From Candidatus Altimarinota bacterium (GTDB lineage Bacteria > Patescibacteriota > Gracilibacteria > BD1-5 > UBA6164): DNA of 40,000 nucleotides. The DNA is taken from positions 23,084 to 63,083 of the forward strand of contig CALREY010000006.1 of assembly GCA_943356435.1 (NCBI GenBank), in the 5' to 3' direction. A model generated the notes under the pieces. That model was not told where the DNA came from and searched no databases. It saw nothing but the letters and a program-made list of their open reading frames with translations. Positions within the stretch are counted from its first letter, which is position 1, and every line of letters begins with the position of its first letter. Made by a program: the position numbers and the translations under genes. Positions 21,763 to 32,435 of this stretch are shown piece by piece.

Positions 21763-22290
21763 TTAATTATGACCAAGTTCATCACCATCGTCATGATTAT
21801 CATCATCAACACTATCTTCAGAATGATGATCGTGATCTCAAAAATAACTAGCTGGCACAAACAAATAAGCTAATACAACCAAAGATGTTATAGATAATGA
21901 AAATAATGATAAAACTGCTAAATTTTTCTTTAAATCCTTAAATGATAATCATTCTTTCAATGGAAAAATTGCTAAAGAAAGTATAAATCAAAGAGGGATT
22001 ATCCATAAACTTCTTTCTGGTGAATCAAGAAAATGTTGTAATCATCAATTTACCATTCAAATAGAAAGAGAATAAACAACTCATACAAACAAAATTTTTA
22101 AATAATTAACATCTTTTAATGATTGTTTTTGAATTAATTCTCAAACAATAAATAGTATAAATCAAATAAAAGCCATAATTATACTTCTCTCTCAGCTAAA
22201 AAATCAATGACTTATAGAACCTCATATAAATCAAACACCAATATAATGAAATAAATCACCTAAATACTTTTTTCAATTATTATCTAACAT
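21763..22290 (-). CDS. membrane protein with His/Asp-rich C-terminal tail (last gene of copper operon)
   Basis: 176 codons. About five hydrophobic helices. Tail is GDHDHHSEDSVDDDNHDDGDELGHN. Confidence 0.5.
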
Positions 22291-22316
22291 AAATATAAAA
22301 AACTTAAATTATTAAA

Positions 22317-23981
22317 TTATTCTTTAACACTAAAATGCATCATCATACCTGAAAATAAATGCTCAGATATATGACAGTGAGCCATCCATTCTCAAGGATT
22401 ACTCATATCTGCTAATATATCAATATTTTCTCATGTTTTTAATAATACTGTATCCTTCCAAACTAAATTTTCTTGTTTCTTTCAATCTCTTGATACAACT
22501 AAAAATCTTTGTCAATGTAGATGAAATGGATGTTGCATAGGATGAGCCGCATCCTCTTTTTTATTTTCTATATGGATTTTTACTATATCTCATTTTTTGA
22601 ATTGCCAGTTTATATCCATATTTTCTTTTTTTGTATCTGTATCTATTATTTTCCACTCAAATTCTTGAGAAGTAGATGTCTGATTCATCATAGGCATACT
22701 ATCTTCCCATTCAATATTATCTTGAGATGTATTTCACATCATCATTCATCAATGAGACATATTTCACATTCAATCTTCTCAAATTCATCATTTTTTTCAC
22801 AATCTTCATAATTCTAAACTCAAATTTTTATCAGCTTTTTTATCAAAATAAGGTTTATATTTTTCTATATCTTGTGTAGTATCAGCATTTACTTTCAATG
22901 TCTCAAAATCAGTTTTATAAGAAGTTTGGATTTGTTCCTTTGAAACTATTACTTTTCAAATTATATAATTATCATTTGGAGTACTATTTTGTATTTCAAA
23001 ACTACCAGATTCAGGAGCAAATAAATCTACTATATATCTTTCTCATGGAGCTATTGTTATATTATCTACATAACTTTCTCTCTCATATTTTCAATTATCA
23101 GATCATACTAATTTCATTTTTATTCAAGGGATTTTGAAATTAAATACTCTAGTATTTGCTACATCAGTTAAATATACTCTAACTACTTCTCATTTTTTCA
23201 AATTCAATTTATAGTCAGAATCTCAATTTACAAACATAGTATTTCAAAATCTTCACATTAATACATAATTTGTAAAATCTTTATAAAAAGGTTTTAATTT
23301 ATTCCCATTTAAATCTATATCATCTAGAATTATATTATTTTCACTATTAACTTTTGAATAATAGTTTTCATCACTCGGTTCTACTATATAATTACCATAT
23401 AATCATAATTCTTGTTGAATATCTTCTCTCAAATGTGGATGATACCAATAAATTCATACATCAGGGAAACTAAGTTCATAAGTGAAACTATCTCATTCTT
23501 TTATTGGATCTTGTTTTCACATCATATCTTTCACAACTCAATCAAACATATCACTAAGTCTCAATCAATGAGAATGTAGCGTAGTTTCTAAATCTGCTAC
23601 TTTATTTACAATTGTTACTTTTGCTTTTGTTCAAACTTTAGCTTTTATAATTGGACCAGGAATACTTGAATTATAAGCAAGCATTTCAACTTGTTTTCAT
23701 CAAATATTTTTATTTATTTTTGTGATTTCTATTGTATAATTATCCCCTTCTTTCAAATTCACTATTTCTTGTTTTTTTTCATCACTAGCCAATTGTCATT
23801 TTCAATAAACTAATTCTTTTGTTGAAATATTTTTATCAACTCCATGATTCATCATTCCAGAATTCATATTATTATTATTCATTCACATATGCATATAATT
23901 TATACTATATGGATAAATTATATATCCTATTAGTAAAGTTAATAGTACTACTAAAAGTAATATTATTGTATTTTTTTTCAT
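22317..23981 (-). CDS. multicopper oxidase, paralogue 2, with Met/His/Gly-rich insert
   Basis: 555 codons. Motifs TLHSHG, WYHPH, HPFHLHG, WMAHCHISEH. Insert GMGNMSHGGMMMGN..SMPMM. Confidence 0.8.
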
Positions 23982-24006
23982 ATTTTAATTTCTTATTATT
24001 ATTTAA

Positions 24007-27000
24007 CTACTTAACTATCTTAAAATCTTTTTTTGATACAAAATGCATCATATCATAACTAGTAAATGTCTTCTTTAACTGCTTTATTACTATTACATTA
24101 TTTCAAAAGAAATCTGTTAATTTATCTCATATATTTTTTATAAGTCACAATTTAAACATCATATTTGTATCAGTAAATCATACATACATATTTATAAATC
24201 AATTATTAGTAAATGAATTTGTATCAATCTGATTTACAAAATACTTTGGTATATTAGTATTGTCCATTAAATAAAATGTTCTAATTGATAAATTATCAGG
24301 TGTTGGGAAAAATACTAAACTTGTACTATCTCATTCAACTATATCATAATTACTAGAATTAAAAATATGTACTTCATCCAAAAATGTATCAGTCTTAGCT
24401 AAAATACCTACAACTTTCACTTTTTCTAATCAAAAGAAATTTATTAATTCATCTCCTACTCATTTTATTAGTCATAATTCTATCATCATCTTTGCTTCCA
24501 TATATCATATTACTACTTCATTGCTTTTTATAGAATTTATTCAAGTTTTTAATTTAAAACTTTGTGGAATTTTATCAGTGAATAAAAATATTTTTGGAGC
24601 ACTAGTTTCTTCTATATTTATCTTATTTTTTGAATGAACTATAAAATCTGTAATATCTGTTAATACTTTTTGATTATTAGTAGTATAAATTTTTTCGAAA
24701 TTATATGATTGATTTATAGAAGCAAATGAAATAAATATAGATAAAAATAATAAAACTAAAAAAATCAAACTAACAGTTGAAAAATATTTATGTTTTACAC
24801 TTATTCTAAGTAATAATGAATTAACAACAACTGAAACACTACTCATTGCCATAGCTAATCATGCAAACTCAGGCTTCAAATATAATCAATAACTTATAAA
24901 TACTCCTGCAGCAATAGGTATTCATAAACTGTTATAAAATAGTGAGAAAAATAGATTTTGTTTTATTTTAGACACAGTTTGTTTACTCAGATTTATAGCT
25001 TTTACTACATCATTTAAATCATTTTTCATCAAAACTATATCAGAGCTCTCAAGTGCCACATCATTTCCAGATCACATAGCAATAGCTAAATCACTATTCA
25101 TCATAGCAATAGAATCATTTATTCCATCTCATACCATAGCTACTTTATGATTCATTTTTTGTATTTGTTTTATAATATTTCCCTTTTCTTGTGGAAGTAC
25201 TTCACTAAATACATTTTCTAATTTTATTCACACTTTGTTTGCTATGAATTCTGCTGAATATTTATTGTCTCATGAAATCATAAATACCTCTATTCAGATA
25301 TTTTTCAATATAGAAATAGCTTCAATAGAAGTATCTTTTACTTGGTCACTTACTGAAATTAATGCTAATATTTCATTATTATTTGCTAAAAATAATACTG
25401 TTTTTCATTCTCATACTAGTTTTTCATAATTATCTAAAACTGCTTTATTTAATGATAAATTATAATTATTAAGTAGTGATTTATTTCATATTATATATTC
25501 TATATCTCATATTTTTCAAACTACTCATTTTCAATTAATTATTTTAAACTCGCTTGTTTTGATTAACTCAATATTTTTAGATTTTGAATATTCTACAATA
25601 GATTTAGAAATAGGATGATTTGAATTATTTTCAAGTGAATAAATTATCTCTAATATATCATTTTCTGAGTAAGAATTATTTATAATAATCAAGTCTTGAA
25701 ATGAAGGATTTCAATAAGTAATTGTACCTGTTTTATCCAATGCTACTGCTGTAATATAATTTGCTTTTTCTAGTGCAGAACCTCATTTTATCAGTATTCA
25801 TGATTTAGCTCATATACCAGTTCATACTATAACAGCTGTAGGAGTTGCCAATCCTAGTGCACAAGGACAAGCTATAACTATCACACTACAAGCTAAAAGT
25901 ATTGAATTCTCGAAACTTGAACTAAGTAAAAAATACCAAACTAAAAATGTTAATATAGACAATATGATAACAATCGGTACAAAAACTCTAGATATTCTAT
26001 CTGCAAAAGATTCTATATCAGATTTCGATAAACTAGCTTCTTCTAGTAGATTTATTATTTGATAAAGCATTGTTCACATTCATACTTGAGTAGATATTAT
26101 TTCAAAACTAGTATGTTGGTTCAATGTACCTGTTAAAACTTTATCTCATGTATTTTTATCTATTGGTAGACTTTCTCCTGTAAGCATAGATTCATCTACT
26201 GATGCATATCAAGATATTATTTTTCAGTCTACAGGTATTTTATCTCATGGTTTTACTAGTATAGTATCTCATACTTTTATTGATTCTATATCTTGCTCTA
26301 TAAACTTATCTCCTACTTTTACAAATGCTGTTTTTGGAGCTAAAGACATCAATTTACTAATAGCTTCACTAGTTTTTGATTTAGCTCTTGTTTCTAGATA
26401 TTTTCAGAAACATACAAAAGTAATTAATAGTGCAGATACTTCGAAATAAATTCACTCTATTTTCATTCCATTTAAACCTAAAATACTTCAAGTATCTAAG
26501 TAAAAAATTATAAAAGAATATAAGCTATAAACAAATGCTACAGTTGTTCATATTGCAATTAAACTATACATATTAGCAGTTTTTTGTCTAAGAGCGGCAT
26601 AAAATCATCTATAAAATTCCAATCATAAACTAAATTGTAAAATAGTTGAAATTAAAAATGATACAATTGCCATATATGGCATAATAACTTCATTGTAATC
26701 TAATCATTTTACGAAATCATATACCATAAATATGATTAATGGAATAGATAATATAAATCAAAAAATACTTTTATACAACCAATCTTTTGATTCATCTATT
26801 ACTTTTGTATCGCTAGTTGAAGCTTTGTATCATGATTGTTCAACTATTTTAATAATTTCACTTTCTGTTATCTTTGTTTCATCATATTCAACCAAGGCTT
26901 TATTATTTCAAAAATTCACTTTTGATGTGATAATATTTGGATTATCAGATAGATTTGATTCTATTATTTTAGAACAACTTGAACAGTGCATTCAAGAAAT

Positions 27001-27018
27001 ATTTAATTTTGTTTTCAT
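24007..27018 (-). CDS. copA: copper-translocating P1B-type ATPase with in-frame ~265-aa C-terminal extension
   Basis: 1004 codons. Motifs: HMA GMHCSSC, TGES, VIACPCALGLATP, DKTGT, GDGIND, AMSSVSVVVNSLLL. In frame with track ORFs 24541..24852 and 25822..26070. No TAA/TAG until 24007-24009. Confidence 0.85.
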
Positions 27019-27023
27019 ATATT

Positions 27024-28340
27024 TTATTTAACAATTATAACTCATTGTCACATTCACATAGTTCCACATACTACATCATATTCTCACTGCTTAGCATTAT
27101 TTATATCATAAGTAATAGCTTGTCATTTCAATATATATGAAACTTTTGAGCTAAGTTTTGGGATTGTTTGAGTAGACATACATCACTTACCATTTTCACT
27201 TGGTAGTACTGTGATTTTATAATTTTTTCATTTTTCTAATACCAATTCTTTTGGATCCATTTGATATCAATCAAATCATACAGTTATTTCTTCAACATCA
27301 TTGTTAATAGTTTCAGTATTAGTAGACTCTTTATTTTGAGTAACTTGATTTGTATTATTACTTGTACTTGAAAAATTTAATAAGTTATAAGAATTTGAAA
27401 CAGTAATAAGTCAGAAAAATATTAGTACTGCTGCAATAATTTTATTAAAAATAGGAAATTTCTTTCATTCAAAATAACTAGACCCTAATCACAATGAAAA
27501 CAATACAGGAAAAGTACCAATTACAAAAAATAGCATAATTAATCCACCTCAAATAAAACTTCAGCTACTTACAGCTAATAGTTGCATAGCCTGTGTAAAT
27601 CAACATGGTAGAAAAAATGTCAATACTCAAGCTATTGGAGCATATTCTGGTTTTCATAATTTTTCTATTTTAGAAGCAAAACTTTTTGGCATATGAATTC
27701 AAAATCTAGATATAGATGGTAGTATTCATAATATATTTAATCATATGTATAACAAAATTATTCACACGAAAAATGTCAGTATAGATCAAATAGAAAAACT
27801 TAAACTAAATAATTTTCAAGTAAGTCAAAGAAGTCAACCTAGTAAGAAAAATCATATAATTCTTCACAATTGAAATCATAACTGTACTTTAATATGTCAG
27901 TTAGTGGTATTTGTACTATCTATATATTTTGAAAATCATATAATTAATCATCCTGTAACTGCTAAACAAGTAGAAATAGATGCTATCAATCATACTAACA
28001 ATGCTCATGAATAACTCAAAGTAGAAGTATCTGGTATATATTTAATTGAATCAAATAATCAAGTAAACATAAATAATATAATGACTATTAATAATGCTAT
28101 GATATTTGTAATCATATTATTGTTTCAAGTACTATTTATTTGATTAACTTTATATCAATTTTTTTCTATTATTTTTATCACTTTTTCATAATCAGATTCC
28201 CTTTCATAATCTATTTCCATTATTCACTTTTTGTAACTTATCATAAGTAATTGTACTCAAGTAAGTTTTTTTAATTCTTTTTCTAGAATCATTTCACAAC
28301 TTATACAATGCATTCACTTAATGTTTATTATTTTTTTCAT
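27024..28340 (-). CDS. HMA domain + TauE/SafE- or DsbD-like permease + C-terminal cupredoxin-like domain protein
   Basis: 439 codons. N-terminal GMHCISCE. About six helices, including FFLPCGFTQAM. C-terminal roughly 90 aa with C..VVCGTMGMGQG. Its stop lies 5 nt before the copA start. Confidence 0.6.
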
Positions 28341-28365
28341 TTTAATTTGATTATGTTTTAAGTTT

Positions 28366-28495
28366 TTCATAACTCTATCCTGAATCCTTTCTCTTACTTA
28401 AGAGAAAGGGGCTACAAAATGAGCATCCCTCTCTTAAATAAGAGAGGAATTTATGCACGAAGGGAGGTATCCTGTGGACAAGGGTGAGTTATGAA
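28366..28495. other. GC-rich multi-hairpin module bounded by 10-bp inverted repeats (structured RNA or MITE-like insert)
   Basis: TTCATAACTC at 28366-28375 is the rc of GAGTTATGAA at 28486-28495. Internal hairpins: CCTTTCTCTT/AAGAGAAAGG (28386-28409) and CCTCTCTT/AAGAGAGG (28428-28447). Confidence 0.5.
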
Positions 28496-28553
28496 TTTTT
28501 TAAATACTAAAAAACACCTATCTGTTTAACTAAGATAAGTTTACAAAATGAAT

Positions 28554-28982
28554 TTAAGTATTTGATTTTATGATTTTTATTAAATCTATATAAGAATAAT
28601 TCTTTATATCTCGATTAATAAAAGGTGGTGATGTCTTATTTAATAAATTCTTATTTGTAAATGAATTAATCGATACTGCAAATATATCTGTAAAATTAAA
28701 TATTTTTATTTTTTCTTTTTTATTATCTGACTCCCCTATATTTGATATATTTGAAAAAGTAACTCAATCAGAAGATATACAACATTCATGATTACATTCA
28801 TCGTCACTATCTTCATCTTCTGAACAACAATCATTTTTTTGATTTCAATGTATATGACTATTATGATCCATATTCATTTCTATCAATGCATTTTCTTGCA
28901 TAGCAAAAGTAATCATTGGTGTATGAAACATTCCAATGATTAAATAAACAAATAACATAAATGATGAAAATAAATATTTCAT
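28554..28982 (-). CDS. secreted Cys/His/acidic-rich small protein (putative metal binding), first gene of copper operon
   Basis: 143 codons. N-terminal signal-like helix. Cluster HNSHIHGNQKNDCCSEDEDSDDECNHECC. Confidence 0.5.
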
Positions 28983-29013
28983 AATACTGATTAAATATTT
29001 TACTAACATTTAT

Positions 29014-29041
29014 ATTATATTTTTTAGCTTAATGAAGTCAA
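29014..29041 (-). promoter_or_regulatory. sigma70-like promoter of the copper operon (TTGACT-N16-TATAAT)
   Basis: rc TTGACT at 29036-29041 and rc TATAAT at 29014-29019. Confidence 0.45.
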
Positions 29042-29102
29042 AATATATATTTTTTATATTGTTATTTTCTTAACATTTTCTTAATTAAAAAGAATATAAA
29101 CT

Positions 29103-30638
29103 CTAGAGTTTATATTCTTTTTGTTTTATTATACTTATCATAAATACAAGTATCAATAATGAACCAAATACAAAGAATGTTCATTTATAATCTACTATTT
29201 CTATTAATATTCATCATATAATCAATCATAAAACATTTGCTAAATTTGATACCATCTTTATAGGTGCAGATGAGGCATTTGAATCAATTTGTTTTAAATT
29301 ATTTTTTTCTGCATAAGTGTTATTATACTCAATTGAAAATTCTCATTGTGATAATGGCATACCAGCTGCATATCAGAAACTATTAAGTATTCATAAAAAC
29401 AATATAGCTACTAGAGAACCATACATTCAAAACATAAATATAGATATTCAAGAAACTAATGTTCAAGCCATTAAAACTTTAAATAATCATATTTTGTCTC
29501 ACAATTTTATAAGTGGAATCTGTGCTCAATAAGCTGGAATAGCTAATATTGCAATAAATACATAAGCTGTAAATATGTTTTGAATATAAAATTTAGCTAA
29601 ATCATTTTGGTTATTTCTAATAACTTCATCGATAAAATCTATCAAAAACGAAGTAACAAAAGTATCCCAAAATCCAAACAATGTAAATATAGATCACATT
29701 ATTAACAATCTATGATTATATGGATTTTCAAATATTACATTGTAGAAACTTTTCATATCTGATTTTGTAGTTTCTAATATTTCTTGATAATTAATTGTTT
29801 GTTTCTTTTGTGCTGGTTTTAAGAATAAAAATTTTATATTCTTTGTTTTTTCTAATAATTCTGATTTATTTGATAAAATTGTAGTTTTATATTCTTTTAA
29901 TGAATCAATTAAATCATCTTTTTTTTCTAAAATATCTTGTTTTGTTACTAACTTAATATCTTTTAAATCATTGAAATTTATCTCATTTTTTGAATTATCA
30001 AAATATTTAATAGTAAAATAAATATTGTAAATAATAGTTAATACCAACATAGTAACTGCAAATAGTGGAGAAAAAGCTAATATAACTCAAGATATCAGTA
30101 ATCACACTAGACTTCATATTCAACAATAAATATTTCTTTTAGAAAACAATGTAGAGTATTCACTTGGGTCTGAATTATTCATTATATATGAAAAACTAGT
30201 TACTTCTGATATTTCTTTTATAATTCAATATAGAGTAACTGTAATAATCAATAAAAATATATTAAATGCTGATGACATAAGAAGTTGTAATGCTTCAAGT
30301 GAAAAGTCTACTTTTACTTTTATATTTGTTGTTTGATATATAAAATATAAAAATATTAATGCTACTAATAACATCAAATATGTACCATATAGAAATATTT
30401 TTTTAGGTTCAAAATATTTTTGTATTACTCATATAGGACTATCAAACAAAAATGATACAAAGTTTCAAAATCATAAAAATATTCAAACTAGAAGAGGACT
30501 TTTTAACTGAACTAAAAAGAAATATACAACTGTAAAATGAAAAAACATCCAAACAAGAGAAGACACAAAAGAATAGTTAAAAAAATTAGTTCTTTTAACT
30601 TCATCAAATTTATTATCTATTGCTAAGTAATTTGTCAT
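29103..30638 (-). CDS. MFS-type transporter with long central cytoplasmic loop
   Basis: 512 codons; in frame with track ORF 29694..30050. Six plus six hydrophobic helices, split by a K/E-rich loop of about 110 aa. Confidence 0.5.
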
Positions 30639-30706
30639 AAAACAGATTATTTATATGTAATATATATTATATTAATATATTTAAGTTAATTTTGCAAAAT
30701 AAAGCG

Positions 30707-30738
30707 AAAAAAATGGGCATTTTTCAAGCCCATTTTTT
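30707..30738. terminator. hairpin terminator downstream of the PurM-like gene
   Basis: A-run, stem ATGGGC/GCCCAT, T-run. Confidence 0.55.
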
Positions 30739-30749
30739 AATATAGAATT

Positions 30750-31889
30750 TTAGTTAAATTCTACAAGTCCTCCTTTATATTTTGAAATAATAGTAATACT
30801 AGGAAAATCTCTCTTTGTTATTTCCCCACACACTTTAGCATCGATATTGTGTTTTTCAGCAATAGATAACAAAATATCAACATCATTTTTATCAACAATT
30901 GCCAAAGCACCTTGACCTGCATTCCATGTTTTATAAAGATCCCTGTCAGTCATTTCTCTCCAATCAGCACACTGCCTCATAATATCAGGCAATGGATACA
31001 AATCGTATAAATAAGCTGACAATCCTTTGCGATAAAGTAAATCACCTAGTTTTGATTCGAAACTACCACCAGTAACATGTACAATTCCTTTTATATCGAT
31101 CCTTTCGTCCTCTAACCATCCATTTGCATCCACAAATACTCTATCGTACAAGATAGATGGAACAGCAGCAGCCATAATTGATTCAAATGCTATTTGTTTA
31201 TTGAACCAGTTGTCACCAAACTTCATTTTGAATGCTTTTCTGACTGATGATATACCATTGCTTCTAAAACCATTTTCCTTGAAAGCAATTACAATATTGC
31301 CTTCTTCAATGTTTCCACCAGTTATCATTTTGTCAGGATGAAATAGTCCATGAACTGATGCACCCCAATTGTACATGAGAGTCGCATTTGGATTTTCTGA
31401 TGAAACTAGAGATGATAACTCTGCTGTTTCACCATTTAATACAATGATTCCAGATTTTTCAGCTGCTTTGAGTAATCCAGCATATAGATTAAGTACTGCA
31501 TTGTAAGTGGGAGATTCAATAGACTCTCCTAAACTACTTACATCCAGAACAGAAGTCATATAGACAGGAATACCTCCCCAACGAACTAAATCAAAAGAAG
31601 TCATTGCCAGCAAATCGTAAGCAGACAATATATGAGTACCAACAGCATCAGTCAAAACTACTTTGGTACCGATTCCATCAGGAGCACAGCTCCAAAAACA
31701 AAAACTAGAATCAAATTCAGGCTTTAACTGAATAGCTCTAGGACCACGAAAATTACCATTGCTAGTATCTACTACATTCGCAATTGGTGAAAAAGTGTAT
31801 GATGCTTGGCAAACTTTTGCAGCAAATTTTGAAGCAGAGTCACCTAAATCTACATTAACACCATCGCTTGAATATATCTCACCCGCCAT
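30750..31889 (-). CDS. PurM/AIR-synthase superfamily protein (divergent phosphoribosylformylglycinamidine cyclo-ligase-like), UGA-free
   Basis: 379-aa ORF, intact even in the standard code. Motifs DGVNVDLGD, APDGIGTKV, NGETAEL, NGFRSNGIS. GGAGG (rc 31896-31900), 6 nt, then ATG. Confidence 0.8.
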   Translation of the reverse strand: MAGEIYSSDGVNVDLGDSASKFAAKVCQASYTFSPIANVVDTSNGNFRGPRAIQLKPEFDSSFCFWSCAPDGIGTKVVLTDAVGTHILSAYDLLAMTSFDLVRWGGIPVYMTSVLDVSSLGESIESPTYNAVLNLYAGLLKAAEKSGIIVLNGETAELSSLVSSENPNATLMYNWGASVHGLFHPDKMITGGNIEEGNIVIAFKENGFRSNGISSVRKAFKMKFGDNWFNKQIAFESIMAAAVPSILYDRVFVDANGWLEDERIDIKGIVHVTGGSFESKLGDLLYRKGLSAYLYDLYPLPDIMRQCADWREMTDRDLYKTWNAGQGALAIVDKNDVDILLSIAEKHNIDAKVCGEITKRDFPSITIISKYKGGLVEFN

Positions 31890-31932
31890 AACTCACCTCC
31901 GAAACTAAAAAAAGACTAAAAAAGTCTGCATA

Positions 31933-31960
31933 GTTATAATTATTTTTATATAATTGTCAA
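31933..31960 (-). promoter_or_regulatory. sigma70-like promoter (TTGACA-N16-TATAAC)
   Basis: rc TTGACA at 31955-31960 and rc TATAAC at 31933-31938. Confidence 0.45.
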
Positions 31961-32011
31961 AATGTGTTAATAAAACAAAAAATACTGATAATAATTATCA
32001 GTATTTTTTAT

Positions 32012-32410
32012 CTAATTAGTAACTATTGGTTTTAATTCTTCTATTATTTGTTTATCTCAACTAAAATGCTTTTTATCAGATTTTCTAATCATAAAAGGTA
32101 CTCCTCTTTCCTCTTCTTTTATTCATAAATCATCTAATTCTTTTTGAAAAATCTTATCATTTGCATCATTTTCCCATACTTCTCTTTTTTCTATTTTGTA
32201 TTTATTCATTATATCATTTTCCTTGAAATACTCTGCTACTTTTATACAATGTGGACAAGTAATTCAATAAAAATATAGATAATCTGCATCTGGATTTATT
32301 ACATCCAAACTTTCAGATCAAGTATTTGTAGTATTTGTGTTAGTTTGTGTATTTCACGAACAAGAAAAAAGTAAAAAAACTGATAAAATTGCTAATAAAA
32401 TTTTTTTCAT
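32012..32410 (-). CDS. thioredoxin-fold lipoprotein (CPHC active site)
   Basis: 133 codons. Signal peptide with lipobox LLFSC. Motif YFYGITCPHCIKV. Confidence 0.65.
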
Positions 32411-32435
32411 AATTAATAGTATAGTTTAATAAATA

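Noticed and set aside
22521-23137. Plus-strand track ORFs 22521..22811 and 22898..23137
   Set aside because: They are antisense to multicopper oxidase paralogue 2. No motifs; low-complexity translation.
28419-28532. Plus-strand small ORF (about 37 codons in code 25, MSIPLLNKRG...) inside the GC-rich module
   Set aside because: It is antisense to the operon, has no independent support, and its reading frame runs through hairpin stems. More likely fortuitous, though the AAGGGG upstream of the ATG was noted.
30766-30790. Possible fifth copy of the mini-element, because the PurM-like C-terminus encodes YKGG via TATAAAGGAGG
   Set aside because: Only an 11-nt match to the 3' arm. There is no complementary CCTCC arm or C-rich flank, so it is probably coincidence.
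30750-31889. purM as part of a purine-biosynthesis operon
   Set aside because: The neighbours are an MFS transporter and a thioredoxin-fold lipoprotein. The gene is monocistronic between terminators and its sequence diverges from canonical PurM, so I call it only PurM-superfamily.
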